In this document: positions 48,626-58,376 of the stretch, piece by piece
Position numbering within the stretch: position 1 is the stretch's first letter
How the letters are laid out: every line of letters starts with the position of its first letter
Assembly: GCA_963769935.1 (NCBI GenBank)
Contig: CAVYNY010000032.1
Location: 192,001-256,000 of the forward strand
DNA from: an uncultured delta proteobacterium
GTDB lineage: Bacteria; Desulfobacterota; Desulfobacteria; Desulfobacterales; JAFDCJ01
DNA: 64,000 nucleotides
Direction of reading: 5' to 3'
The notes under the pieces: generated by a model
Told to the model about the DNA's origin: nothing
Databases searched by the model: none
Seen by the model: only the letters and a program-made list of their open reading frames with translations
Made by a program: the position numbers and the translations under genes

Positions 48626-50260
48626 TCAGGCACCAGCGATCTTCTCAATGATAGTCTCCATCCGATCAATCAGGGGCAGCAATGTCGATCTATCGCGCGC
48701 CGAAATGGCGATGCCGTTGAGCTGCCGGCTTAATCGTTCAATGGTTTCGGGATCGAGAAGATCAATTTTATTCAATACCTGCAGGGTCGTGGTCTGCTGC
48801 AAATCAAGATCGGCCAGGATTCTTTCAACGGATTGGATCTGATCTTCAAACTGCGGATTGCTGATATCGATGATATGCAGCAAAAGATCCGCATTTTCAA
48901 GCTCTTCCAGCGTGGCGCGAAATGCGAGCATCAGGTCTTTGGGCAAATCCTTGATAAATCCAACCGTATCCGTGATAATGACTTCAATATCGCGCGGAAA
49001 CCGCAGCCGCCGGCTGGAGGGATCCAGCGTGGCGAAAAGGCGGCTTTCGGCAATTACATTGCTTTTGGTCAGCGTGTTGAGCAGGGTTGATTTGCCTGCA
49101 TTGGTGTATCCGATGATGGAGACAATCGGCAATGCTTTTTTGAGCCGCCGGGATTTTTGCTGACTTCTATGTTTGCGGACCGCGAGCAAGGCCTTCTCCA
49201 GTTGCGCGATGCGATCGCGTGCCCGCCGCCGATTGATTTCCAGCTTGGTTTCACCCGGTCCGCGTCCGCCGATACCGCCGGTTAAGCGGGACATGGCGGT
49301 GTTTTTGGTCACCAGGCGCGGCAGCAAATACTTCAGCTGGGCCAGCTCGACTTGCAGCTTGCCCTGCCGTGTCTGGGCCCGCTGGGCAAAAATATCAAGT
49401 ATGAGCTGGGTGCGGTCGATAACTTTTAAATCGATATGGTCCGTAATGGACCGAATCTGGGAGGCGTTGAGCTCCTGGTCGAAGATGATCATGCCGGCAG
49501 CTTCCTGCAGCGCAAAAATGGCCAGATCCTGCAGTTTGCCGGGACCGATCAGCAGCCGGGAATCCGCTTTGCTGCGGTGTTGAACCACGGTCCCGACGAC
49601 ATCGATGCCGCCGGACCGGGCAAGCTCTCTGAGTTCGGTCAGAGCTGCTTTGGATTTGGGTTTTGTCTCAGTCGACACACTGACCAGCAGGGCCCTTTCA
49701 GTTCCAGGGTCGGCGTGATACCCGATGCTCCCGCGGGAAAGCTCGTCTTCCAGGGCCTGGATGAGCTCCAGACAGTCGATGTCCAGGTTGCCGGGGTTCA
49801 GCGGCGGCAGCATCCGGTAAGGCTTCTTCTGTGACTCACTGGGCATGATGTGCGCCACATGGACCTTCTGGGGAATTCCATCTTCACTGCTGTTGATTAC
49901 CGCAATTAAATCCAGCCTTAACAGAGCCAGGTCGGTGAGATCGTCCGTGGTCAGCGCTTCATGGTCCAGATGGGTGTGGATGCATCGCAGGCCGATTAAA
50001 CGCCCGGGGGCGGCGCGGTATTCGGCGGTGTGTGGAATGACGATTCTTTTACTGTCGCCGACAATGACAAAAACCACCTTGCTGCGCCGGTTTACCATAA
50101 TTCCAATCTGCCGGCGTATCTCACGCGACAGCCCGCACAGATCGCGCGCTAATTCATGGGGCAGCAGAAATTCCGGCGGCCAGCGGCGGCGGTATAAATT
50201 GCCCAGTCTTTTGATTTGATTCGGCTTCAGGCCGGTAGTATTTCCGTAAAGTTTTTTCAA
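48626..50260 (-). CDS. hflX: GTPase HflX (long N-terminal form)
   Basis: DIFAQRA, GIGGRGPGETKLE, GYTNAGKS, LFATLD, DTVGF, NKID; probable TTG start at 50260. Confidence 0.95.
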   Translation of the reverse strand: MKKLYGNTTGLKPNQIKRLGNLYRRRWPPEFLLPHELARDLCGLSREIRRQIGIMVNRRSKVVFVIVGDSKRIVIPHTAEYRAAPGRLIGLRCIHTHLDHEALTTDDLTDLALLRLDLIAVINSSEDGIPQKVHVAHIMPSESQKKPYRMLPPLNPGNLDIDCLELIQALEDELSRGSIGYHADPGTERALLVSVSTETKPKSKAALTELRELARSGGIDVVGTVVQHRSKADSRLLIGPGKLQDLAIFALQEAAGMIIFDQELNASQIRSITDHIDLKVIDRTQLILDIFAQRAQTRQGKLQVELAQLKYLLPRLVTKNTAMSRLTGGIGGRGPGETKLEINRRRARDRIAQLEKALLAVRKHRSQQKSRRLKKALPIVSIIGYTNAGKSTLLNTLTKSNVIAESRLFATLDPSSRRLRFPRDIEVIITDTVGFIKDLPKDLMLAFRATLEELENADLLLHIIDISNPQFEDQIQSVERILADLDLQQTTTLQVLNKIDLLDPETIERLSRQLNGIAISARDRSTLLPLIDRMETIIEKIAGA

Positions 50261-50273
50261 GAATGTGGTGAAG

Positions 50274-51653
50274 TCAGCTTCTGGCCAGCGCTTCTTCCGC
50301 TGCCAGATTCTCAAAACGGGTATAGGAATTAAGGAACGTCAGATGAATGTCGCCTGTGGGACCGTTGCGTTGTTTGGACAGCAGAATTTCGGCAATCCCG
50401 CGGTTGGGGTTGTCTTCTTCTTTATTATATACTTCGTCTCGGTATATGAATGCAACGACATCGGCATCCTGTTCCAGCGCTCCGGATTCCCTTAAATCCG
50501 AAAGCCGGGGCCTTTTATCGGTGCGTTGTTCCAGCATCCGGTTAAGCTGCGACAGGGCCATCACCGGCAATTCAAGCTCTTTGGCAAGCGCTTTCAAAGC
50601 CCGGGATATCTCGGATATTTCAAGATCCCGGCGTTCGGCGCCTGCCCGACCCTGCATGAGCTGTAAATAATCAATGATGATTAATCCGATATTTTTATCC
50701 ATTTTCAGCCGGCGGGCTTTGGCGCGAATTTCCATGGCCGACATACTCGCTGAATCGTCGATGTATACCGGTGCTTCCGATAAAATTCCGGCGGCGTCGG
50801 TTAGCCGGTGCCAATCCTCCATACTGAAAAAACCGCCCTTCAGGCGGGATGAATCGATGCGAGCTTCCGAACACAGCATGCGCAGAGACAGCTGCTCTTT
50901 GGACATCTCCAGCGAAAATATGGCCACCGGAACCCCGGCGTCCACGGCTGCATTGCGGGCTATATTCAACGCCAGCGCAGTTTTGCCCATGCTGGGACGA
51001 GCGGCTAAAATAATAAGGTCGGAGTTCTGCAATCCCGAGGTCAGATTATCCAGGTGGCTGAACCCGGTCGGAACTCCGGTCACCAGGCTGCGATTACCCT
51101 GGTTCTCCTCCAGGGTTTCGATGTTGCTGAGTATGATTTTGCTGAGCGGGAAAAAAGACTGCCGGGATTTTTTTTCGGAAATTTCAAAAATCGCCGTTTC
51201 CGCATAGTCGATAACATCGTCGACATTGCCTCTTTCTTCAAAACAGCGTTTGACAATGGCGTTGGATTTTTCAATCAGACGACGCAGGGATGCTTTGTCG
51301 TGAACAATTTTAGCATAGTGCTGGGCGTTGATTGCCAGCGGGACCGCGTCAACCAGCCTTGCCAGATAGCTGGCGCCGCCAACCGCTTCCAGTTGGCCTT
51401 TTTCCTTGAGTTTATTGGCCAAGGTTACCAGGTCCACCGGCTCGGCCTTGTCAAACAGGTCGATAATAGCGGCATAGATTTTTTGGTGGGCGATGCGGTA
51501 GAAGTCCCCCTCCGCCAGTGTTTCGATAACTTCCAGCAAGGCATCGTTATCGATCAGGACGGCACTGATAATGGCTTCTTCCGCTTCGATGTTTTGGGGC
51601 GGCAGACCATAAGGGGTGACATCCTTGGATATTTGTCCCTGTTGTTCGGACAT
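50274..51653 (-). CDS. dnaB: Replicative DNA helicase
   Basis: PPQNIEAE, AARPSMGKT, FSLEM, IDYLQL, SDLRESGALEQDAD, KQRNGP. Confidence 0.98.
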   Translation of the reverse strand: MSEQQGQISKDVTPYGLPPQNIEAEEAIISAVLIDNDALLEVIETLAEGDFYRIAHQKIYAAIIDLFDKAEPVDLVTLANKLKEKGQLEAVGGASYLARLVDAVPLAINAQHYAKIVHDKASLRRLIEKSNAIVKRCFEERGNVDDVIDYAETAIFEISEKKSRQSFFPLSKIILSNIETLEENQGNRSLVTGVPTGFSHLDNLTSGLQNSDLIILAARPSMGKTALALNIARNAAVDAGVPVAIFSLEMSKEQLSLRMLCSEARIDSSRLKGGFFSMEDWHRLTDAAGILSEAPVYIDDSASMSAMEIRAKARRLKMDKNIGLIIIDYLQLMQGRAGAERRDLEISEISRALKALAKELELPVMALSQLNRMLEQRTDKRPRLSDLRESGALEQDADVVAFIYRDEVYNKEEDNPNRGIAEILLSKQRNGPTGDIHLTFLNSYTRFENLAAEEALARS

Positions 51654-51736
51654 GAGGCCTCAGACAAGCAGTTGCGTGGTTTTTAGGTTATTGTTTGACA
51701 GACGAATTTAACACAATGCCTTCTTAAACCGCCCTC

Positions 51737-51883
51737 GAGTTGGTAAGTTGGTAAGTTATTCAGCTGGTAAGCCCGATAAAATAAAATTAGGAAATCCTTT
51801 TCCGCTTAACAGCTTATGAGCTTAATAGCTTACCAGCTTTTCCTCCAACCTTTTGCGCTTAACAGCTTACGAGCTATGAGCTA
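51737..51883. repeat. Inverted 8-bp-array element (GTTGGTAA / GCTTAMCA) between rplI and dnaB
   Basis: gagttggtaagttggtaagttattcagctggtaagc ... gcttaacagcttatgagcttaatagcttaccagc ... gcttaacagcttacgagct. Confidence 0.8.
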
Positions 51884-51893
51884 TTTACTCCGC

Positions 51894-52337
51894 TCACTCG
51901 GGTACGATTTCAACGGTAATTTCAGGTTCGACCTGCTTGTAAACCCGAATCGGAATTTTGAAACTGCCAAGGGTTTTCAGCGGCTCGTTCAGCATTATCA
52001 TTCTCTTTTCCACGACGATGTTCTGGGCGGCCAAGGCATCGATAATGTCTCTGACCGTGACCGATCCATACAGCCGGTCTTCTTCGCTGACCTTGGCGTG
52101 TATTTGACAGGAGACGCCTTCCAGCTTGGCGGCCATATCTTCGGCCAGTTTTCGTTCTTTGGCAATCTGAATTTCAAATTTGGCCTTTTCCTGTTCCATC
52201 CGGCGGCGATTTTGCGGTGTGGCCAAAACCGCTTTGTCCTGAGGCAGCAGGTAGTTGCGGGCATAACCGGGGGCTACCTTAACTTCGCTGCCGATAATTC
52301 CCAGTGAACTGATGGTCTCTTTTAAAATTATTTTCAT
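51894..52337 (-). CDS. rplI: 50S ribosomal protein L9
   Basis: MKIILK..LG..G..VKVAPGYARNYLLP, LYGSVT. Confidence 0.97.
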   Translation of the reverse strand: MKIILKETISSLGIIGSEVKVAPGYARNYLLPQDKAVLATPQNRRRMEQEKAKFEIQIAKERKLAEDMAAKLEGVSCQIHAKVSEEDRLYGSVTVRDIIDALAAQNIVVEKRMIMLNEPLKTLGSFKIPIRVYKQVEPEITVEIVPE

Positions 52338-52354
52338 TATCAAAACCTCCGCTA

Positions 52355-52459
52355 GTTGATTGAATATTGAAGATTGAAAATTGAATATTTGTGGAATTCT
52401 ATCTGAATATAAACTTCATTTTTTTCGAGTTCGTCAAAACTTCAATCTTCAATTTTCAA
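52355..52459. repeat. Inverted 7-bp-array element (TTGAARA / TYTTCAA)
   Basis: attgaatattgaagattgaaaattgaatatttgtgga resembles the reverse complement of 40670-40707; right arm acttcaatcttcaattttcaa. Confidence 0.85.
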
Positions 52460-53382
52460 GGTACCGGTTTCCCCAATCTTCTGAAATTTACCCACATATC
52501 AAAAAAACCTAAGCCGATGACGGCCAGCAGTATCAACTGCTGCAGCGCAATCAAGGCGTACAGAAAAAACCGGATAACCCGGGGAAACTTCTTTTTCTCA
52601 AAATAAAACGATACGATCGCGATTCCCTGAAAAAAATAAACGGTCATGGAGATTAAGAGGCCGTTTAGGCCGATAATTTTCACGGCTGCTATCGGTATAA
52701 ACAGCGCCAGACCGCAGCCGATAACCCCCCATACCAGAATTTCAGGCGCTTTCCACAATTGCAAGGGACCGAAATCCGGATAAAAAAGCGATCGCCTTTT
52801 CAGGATCGGTTTTGCCAAAAGAATATTGGTCCAGGCAACAAACAGCGTCGACATCGTCACCAGGGCCGGCAGGATGGTCACCAGAACCTGCCCGATCTGG
52901 TTCAGCGAACGGGATATCAGCTGAACATTTTCTTCCGACATCCCCATGCCCCGGTACAATGCCAGGGTCAGCTCCAGATTTTTAGCAACATATTTGGATA
53001 CAACGGTGAAAATACCATCACCGGATATCAGGCTGAATATGATCAGGCCGATCAGACCGGAAAGCAGCACGCTGCCGCTGGCATAAAGCAGCGTTTTTTC
53101 AATCGAAAGATTAAACTCGATCAATTCCCCCAGCATGAACCCCAGCAGCAGTAAACCGGCAAAGAATACCATGTCCGTGGACATATCGCCGATCGCAATT
53201 ATCAGAATCAGGCCGGAAATCAGCGGGATAAGGCCCCCGGTTTTCCTTCCCAGCTTCAGACGGTAAAAGAGGATCGGCAAGGGAACAAACAGGGCACCAA
53301 CGAACCCGACGATCGGAATAAACACCGACACTAAAAAAAACAGGCTTGTGATTACTACGCCATTGACGATATCCTTTGCCAT
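52456..53382 (-). CDS. DUF2232 / YybS family membrane protein
   Basis: Polytopic protein with FFQGIAI and GLGFFDMWVNFRR, in the conserved rpsR-X-rplI position. Confidence 0.88.
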   Translation of the reverse strand: MAKDIVNGVVITSLFFLVSVFIPIVGFVGALFVPLPILFYRLKLGRKTGGLIPLISGLILIIAIGDMSTDMVFFAGLLLLGFMLGELIEFNLSIEKTLLYASGSVLLSGLIGLIIFSLISGDGIFTVVSKYVAKNLELTLALYRGMGMSEENVQLISRSLNQIGQVLVTILPALVTMSTLFVAWTNILLAKPILKRRSLFYPDFGPLQLWKAPEILVWGVIGCGLALFIPIAAVKIIGLNGLLISMTVYFFQGIAIVSFYFEKKKFPRVIRFFLYALIALQQLILLAVIGLGFFDMWVNFRRLGKPVP

Positions 53383-53446
53383 TGCTCTTCAATTGCTGCT
53401 TAAAAGGTTGGGGGGAATCCGCTTCACTGCCCCGCAGCCGAAATGT

Positions 53447-53728
53447 TCAGCGAAAATCGACCGTCCCGACATAAGGCAGCAGGGCAATCGTTCGGGCCCG
53501 TTTGATTGCGTGGGTGAGGGTTCGCTGATGTTTGGCACAACAGCCGGACAATCTGCGGGGAATGATTTTCCCGCGTTCGGTAATAAAGTATCTAAGCGAT
53601 TTTGCATCCTTGTAGCTGATCTCAAGGCTTGTATCCGCACAGAACCGGCAAACTTTCCGGCGATGAAAAACTCTTCTCTTTTTTCTGGTTTTCTGGTCTT
53701 TTTTGTTGGTTCTTGAAGGTGCGGCCAT
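53447..53728 (-). CDS. rpsR: 30S ribosomal protein S18
   Basis: [30 protein letters not shown]. Confidence 0.97.
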   Translation of the reverse strand: MAAPSRTNKKDQKTRKKRRVFHRRKVCRFCADTSLEISYKDAKSLRYFITERGKIIPRRLSGCCAKHQRTLTHAIKRARTIALLPYVGTVDFR

Positions 53729-53731
53729 GTT

Positions 53732-54277
53732 TTATGCCTCCTCTTTCTTTTCGGCTGGGATTATCTCTTCGGCAGATTCTTCAGCATCAGAGGCGGCTGC
53801 TTCCGGCGCCGCTTCGGCGTCTTCCTGAGCTTCTTTTTCTTCTACCTCTTTCTCCTCCACCACCGCTGCTGCTGCTTCTACAGGTGAAGCTGCAGCGTCT
53901 TCCGAGGCCTGTTTTTCCGCCGCTGCCTTTTCAAGCTCGCGTTTGCTTTCCGCCGCTGCCTGTTCTTCCTTGATTTTTTCAAGATCGGCCTCTTGGTCCA
54001 GCAAAACGGTCATATACTTGAGTGTCCGGTCGTCGATGCGAAAGAACCGCTCAATTTCATTGACCAACTCCGCCCCACCGCAGTAGTCGAACCTGACGTA
54101 ATAGCCGCGTTCCTTTTTCCTGATCTCGTAGGCCAGTTTTCTGTCGCCCCAGTGATCCTCGAAAACCAGCATCCCCTCCATCTGGGTGACGAGTTCTTTG
54201 ACCCGTTCAAGCACCAGATCGCGTTGTTCCTGTGAGACATCAGGATCAATAATAACAAATGTTTCGTACCTTCGCAT
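53732..54277 (-). CDS. rpsF: 30S ribosomal protein S6 with an acidic Ala/Glu-rich tail
   Basis: MRRYE, WGDRKLAYEIRK, GYY. Confidence 0.96.
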   Translation of the reverse strand: MRRYETFVIIDPDVSQEQRDLVLERVKELVTQMEGMLVFEDHWGDRKLAYEIRKKERGYYVRFDYCGGAELVNEIERFFRIDDRTLKYMTVLLDQEADLEKIKEEQAAAESKRELEKAAAEKQASEDAAASPVEAAAAVVEEKEVEEKEAQEDAEAAPEAAASDAEESAEEIIPAEKKEEA

Positions 54278-54468
54278 TTAATCTCCTTTCGGCTTTTAAA
54301 GCCCCGGTTTTTCCAGAGCAAGGATGAAATAGATTCTGCTATATGATTTAAAACCAATTTTAATAGCATTTATAGATTTTATATGTCAATGATATTTTAA
54401 ATAATGATCCTGCTTCTAATTTATTTTTCAGCCCGGCGGCAGTTGCCGCCGGTGGTGCCGGCGTCCAA

Positions 54469-54511
54469 CAAAAAGGGTTAGCTTCCGGTAAGAGCTAACC
54501 CCGTTGTTTTC
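54469..54511. terminator. Hairpin, possible bidirectional terminator
   Basis: aaaaaa gggttagct tccggtaag agctaaccc cgttgtttt. Confidence 0.55.
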
Positions 54512-54734
54512 CTTAAGCGTCTGTTCACCAATAATTTTTGATCCAAACCCGGCCGATCAATGACAGAATTTGTAAGACACCGAGTGCAGGATGTCAAGGG
54601 ATAACTCGCCTTCAGCCTGCCGGATGATGAAATGTTGATCACGCTGAAATCCGGAAAAAGATTTCACGGGATAAAAGCATCGGATCAAAAATAGGAAAGA
54701 TTATATGATTTTTGCTCTTTTAAAATTTGAGTTA

Positions 54735-54763
54735 GCCACGAATGGACACGAATAGCCGCGAAT
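54735..54763. repeat. 9-bp tandem array (CACGAAT core)
   Basis: gccacgaat ggacacgaat agccgcgaat. Confidence 0.65.
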
Positions 54764-54889
54764 TAAGGGAATAGGTAAAAGCAGGATCATTTTCCGGTTA
54801 TCTGCAGTCGGCGGCAACCTCCGATCTGGAAAATGAGTTGAGCATCCTCAGACAGTCTGTTATAAAAGCCGGAAAAGAAGGAGCATTTT

Positions 54890-55648
54890 ATGGTCAGTTT
54901 TTCACTCAAAGATAAAACAGCCCTTATTACCGGCGCCAGCCGGGGTATTGGCGAAGCGATTGCGCTGACGCTGGCAGAAAACGGTGCCCGCTGCATCCTC
55001 ACCAGCCGAAAGATGGAAGGGCTGCAGGCCGTGGTTCAAAAAATCGGATCCGCGGGCGGGCAGGCCGAGGCCTTCGCCTGCAACGTGGGCCGCAAGGAAG
55101 ACATCGATAAGCTGTTCGAACACGTGCAGCAGGCATACGGTGAGCTTCACATTCTGGTCAACAATGCCGCCACGAATCCTTATTTCGGAGATATGATGGG
55201 AGCCGATGAGCGGGCCTGGGACAAAACCAATGACGTCAACCTCAAGGGCCCCTTCTTCATGATTCAGCATGCCGTCCGGCTGATGGAAAAAGCCGGCGGC
55301 GGTGCCATCGTCAATGTCGCATCCATCAACGGTGTGCGACCGGTACCCAGGCAGGGGATATATTCCATAACCAAAGCCGGTCTGATATCCATGACCAAGG
55401 CCTATGCCAAAGAGCTGGCCGGCCGAAATATACGGGTGAACGCCCTGCTGCCGGGGCTTACGGAAACTAAATTTTCGGAAGTGCTTATCAAGAACGACCG
55501 GATCTATGAGCAGGTCGTCAAGAGCATCCCCCTGCAGCGGCATGCCCGGCCGGCGGAGATGGCCGGCGCCGTGCTCTATCTGGTATCCGATGCCGCTTCA
55601 TACACCACCGGCACGACGATTATCTGCGACGGCGGTGCGTTGGCCTGA
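54890..55648 (+). CDS. Short-chain dehydrogenase/reductase (DHRS4-like)
   Basis: TGASRGIG, NNAATNP, catalytic YSITK, RVNALLPG. Confidence 0.93.
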   Translation: MVSFSLKDKTALITGASRGIGEAIALTLAENGARCILTSRKMEGLQAVVQKIGSAGGQAEAFACNVGRKEDIDKLFEHVQQAYGELHILVNNAATNPYFGDMMGADERAWDKTNDVNLKGPFFMIQHAVRLMEKAGGGAIVNVASINGVRPVPRQGIYSITKAGLISMTKAYAKELAGRNIRVNALLPGLTETKFSEVLIKNDRIYEQVVKSIPLQRHARPAEMAGAVLYLVSDAASYTTGTTIICDGGALA

Positions 55649-55651
55649 AAA

Positions 55652-55898
55652 AGGTGTCAGGTGTCAGCGCCGCCGCCGGCCAAGACAACGGCCGGTCTGA
55701 TCATGAAGAAACGGAAACAGACATAGTTCGACCGCAGCAGCCCACTTGCAGCCTCCGCCCATAGGGCCTACGCCCCGGCGGGCCGTAGAACGCCGAGAAA
55801 GAAAAGTTAAATTAATCTCTGCGCTCTCTGCGCTCTCAGCGGTGAGACACTTCGTAAAAATGGCATCGAATTTAAGGAAGTTTCATTTGAGGTGTCAG
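55652..55898 (+). repeat. Dispersed element (partner 5049-5110) containing an inverted 9-bp array and a nested hairpin cassette
   Basis: aggtgtcaggtgtcagcgccgccgccggcc..acggccggtctgatc; accgcag...cgccgag / ctctgcgctctctgcgctctcagcggt; cassette at 55752-55782. Confidence 0.8.
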
Positions 55899-55911
55899 AC
55901 GGAATTGGAGA

Positions 55912-56232
55912 AGCGGGGTGTGGGTTGCGGGGAATGGACATAGAGCATGGCGCATAGGGTAAAAAGCAAGGCGCTGGAGCGCCAGTTGATAGTCAAAGGC
56001 TAAAGGTAAAGGTTAAAGGATAAAGGCGCACGGCTTACGGTGCAAGAAATTGATGTTGGAGGTTGGAGGCGGGGCCTTCGGCCGGAAGCGGTTTGAGGTT
56101 GGAGGCAAGAGATGAAAGGCACCGGGCTAAGGTATAAAGTGCAGGTTAGATTCAAGATTTGCGTCTTCTTAACTTCTCAGCTTCTTTGCTTCTCAGCCTC
56201 CCCGTTTCTCCGTTTCCCAGCCTTCCAGCCTC
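55912..56232 (+). repeat. Composite modular element, copy VI
   Basis: tagagcatggcgcataggg..ggcgctggagcgccagttgatag, aaaggct array, ggcgcacggcttacggtgca, ggcggggccttcggcc, gaggcaagagatgaaagg, cttctc array. Confidence 0.9.
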
Positions 56233-56251
56233 AAAACTTTGGATTGGATCG

Positions 56252-57685
56252 ATGAAACTGCTGCAGACGGATTTAGAAAAATTTTTCATGCCTCGGCATG
56301 TGGCCGTTGTCGGTGTCTCCACCGGCGAGTATAAATTGGGCGGCATGAGTTTTTTGTTAAAACTTCAGGAAAGCGGTTTTAAGGGCAGGCTGTCGCCGAT
56401 CAATCCAAGGGCTGCTGAGATCAAGGGCCTCAAGGCCTATCCGGATCTGTCGTCGCTGCCGGATGTGCCCGATCTGGCCATCGTGTGCGTGGCGGCCAGG
56501 TTGGTTCCGGCGGTTCTGGAAGAATGCGGCCGCCTCGGTTTGAACCACATCCATATCCTTTCGGCCGGCTTCAAGGAAACAGGGCGCCAAGAGGGTCGGG
56601 CGCTGGAAGAGAAGATCGCTGCCATTGCGGCCGACAAGGGGCTGAAGATCATCGGACCCAACTGCATGGGGCCTTATTGTCCTGCCGCAGGCCTTACCGC
56701 CTGGGGCGCCATGCCCGGTTTGAGCGGTTCTCTGGGGATTATATCTCAAAGCGGCGGGTTGACCCAGCGCCTGACCGAATACACCAGTTCGCTGGGCGTC
56801 GGGGTCGAAAAAGCGGTGAGTTTCGGCAACGCGGCGGTCCTTGACAGCACTGATTTTCTGGAAGCTATGGCAACGGACCCCAAAATCCAGGTCATCGCCA
56901 TGTATCTTGAGAGCGTCGGCAATGCGCGCCGGCTCCTGGAGATTGCCCGAGAGGCCGGCCAAACGAAGCCGATCATTCTGTGGAAAGGCGGCGCAAGTGA
57001 AGCGGGTGCGGCCACGGCTGCGTCACATACCGGCGCCCTGGCCGGCAATCAAAAACTGTGGCAGGCCTTCTACCGTCAAAGCGGTGTAATTCCCGTGCGC
57101 TCGATGAACGAATGCGTGGATGCCGTCCTGGCCTTCAGTCTGCTGCCGGCACCGGCCGGCAACGGCGTCTTTATCATCGGCGGCGGGGGCGGGAACAGCG
57201 TGGCCGGCAGCGATATTTTCAGCCGCCAGGGATTTGAAGTTCCGGCCTTATCTGAATCCAGTATGAAATTTCTGTGGGGCAGCGTACCGCTTGCCGGGTC
57301 AATTGCCGGCAATCCGCTGGATATGTGGCGAACCTTCATCGATGCCGAATATCTCGCGCAGGTTATAGCGCTCGGCTACCGGGATCCAGCTGTCGCCGCC
57401 ATTGTCGTCGACCGACTTATCCCCCGTAAAGCCTACCATTTTCCGGATCTGGCCGACCCAACCCCGGAGACCATCGCGTTTCTGAAAAACCACCCCAGGG
57501 CCAAACCGACCGTTTTTATCATAGACTCCGACGGCGGAGACCCCGGTCTGGCCGAAACCGGCGCACGTTTGCGAGCGCGGTTTTGCAGCGCCGGAATCCC
57601 GGCCTATCCGTCGGCCGGGCGGGCGGCGCGAGCGCTTTATCACCTTTTACATTTTTACGAAAGACGTCAGAAAGGCGACGCGTGA
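56252..57685 (+). CDS. Acyl-CoA synthetase (NDP-forming) alpha-subunit-like CoA-binding protein
   Basis: VAVVG, GFKE, IIGPNCMG, SQSGG, SFGN, YLES, phospho-His motif ASHTGALAG, NPLD. Confidence 0.9.
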   Translation: MKLLQTDLEKFFMPRHVAVVGVSTGEYKLGGMSFLLKLQESGFKGRLSPINPRAAEIKGLKAYPDLSSLPDVPDLAIVCVAARLVPAVLEECGRLGLNHIHILSAGFKETGRQEGRALEEKIAAIAADKGLKIIGPNCMGPYCPAAGLTAWGAMPGLSGSLGIISQSGGLTQRLTEYTSSLGVGVEKAVSFGNAAVLDSTDFLEAMATDPKIQVIAMYLESVGNARRLLEIAREAGQTKPIILWKGGASEAGAATAASHTGALAGNQKLWQAFYRQSGVIPVRSMNECVDAVLAFSLLPAPAGNGVFIIGGGGGNSVAGSDIFSRQGFEVPALSESSMKFLWGSVPLAGSIAGNPLDMWRTFIDAEYLAQVIALGYRDPAVAAIVVDRLIPRKAYHFPDLADPTPETIAFLKNHPRAKPTVFIIDSDGGDPGLAETGARLRARFCSAGIPAYPSAGRAARALYHLLHFYERRQKGDA

Positions 57686-58329
57686 AGATCAAAGCCGTAT
57701 TTTGGGATTTTGGCGGCGTATTGACGACGAGTCCATTCGACGCCTTTAACAGGTTCGAGCAGGAGAATCATTTGCCCCCCGACTTCATAAGGCGGGTGAA
57801 TGCCGCCAACCCGGATACCAATGCCTGGGCCGGGCTGGAACGCAGTGAGATTACCCTGGAAGAGTTTGACCGGCAATTCGAACGGGAGACGACGGCAGCC
57901 GGTCATGCGGTAAGGGGAATGACCGTCCTGGAGCTGTTGTCCGGGGATTTGCGACCTGAAATGGTGGCGGCGCTGCGCAGGTGCAAGAAGAAGTTCCGCA
58001 CCGCCTGTCTGACCAACAACATGAAGGGGCTGCATGAAGCCGGCATCAAGCAGTTCAGCCGGCGGGCCGCCGAAATGCAGGCCGTCATGGATATTTTTGA
58101 CCACGTCGTCGAATCAAGCAGGATCGGTTTTCGCAAGCCGAATCCGCGCTTTTACGAGATCGCCTGTAACATCGTGAAAGTTGCGCCCGCGCAGGTGGTT
58201 TTCCTTGACGATCTGGGAGTCAATCTGAAGCCGGCCCGTGCCATGGGCATGACCACCATAAAGGTAGCCGAACCTCGCCAGGCTTTGGCCGAGCTTGAAT
58301 CATTGCTGGGGATGGTGCTGATCGGATAA
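57682..58329 (+). CDS. HAD-IA hydrolase (epoxide hydrolase N-terminal / ACAD10-like)
   Basis: WDFGGV, LTNN, ES..GFRKP, FLDDLGVNLKPARAMGM; GTGA overlap. Confidence 0.88.
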   Translation: MKIKAVFWDFGGVLTTSPFDAFNRFEQENHLPPDFIRRVNAANPDTNAWAGLERSEITLEEFDRQFERETTAAGHAVRGMTVLELLSGDLRPEMVAALRRCKKKFRTACLTNNMKGLHEAGIKQFSRRAAEMQAVMDIFDHVVESSRIGFRKPNPRFYEIACNIVKVAPAQVVFLDDLGVNLKPARAMGMTTIKVAEPRQALAELESLLGMVLIG

Positions 58330-58376
58330 AATGCTGACCGGTTCCAAGATAAAGCTACAATTAAACCTTGAGCATG

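Noticed and set aside
53447..54277. No ssb between rpsF and rpsR; F0 genes separate from F1; pyrK without adjacent pyrD
   Set aside because: Gene-order variants of this kind are common and are not evidence of a new system.
54557..54582. tgacagaatttgtaagacacc as an IS terminal repeat
   Set aside because: No partner repeat or transposase remnant is visible.
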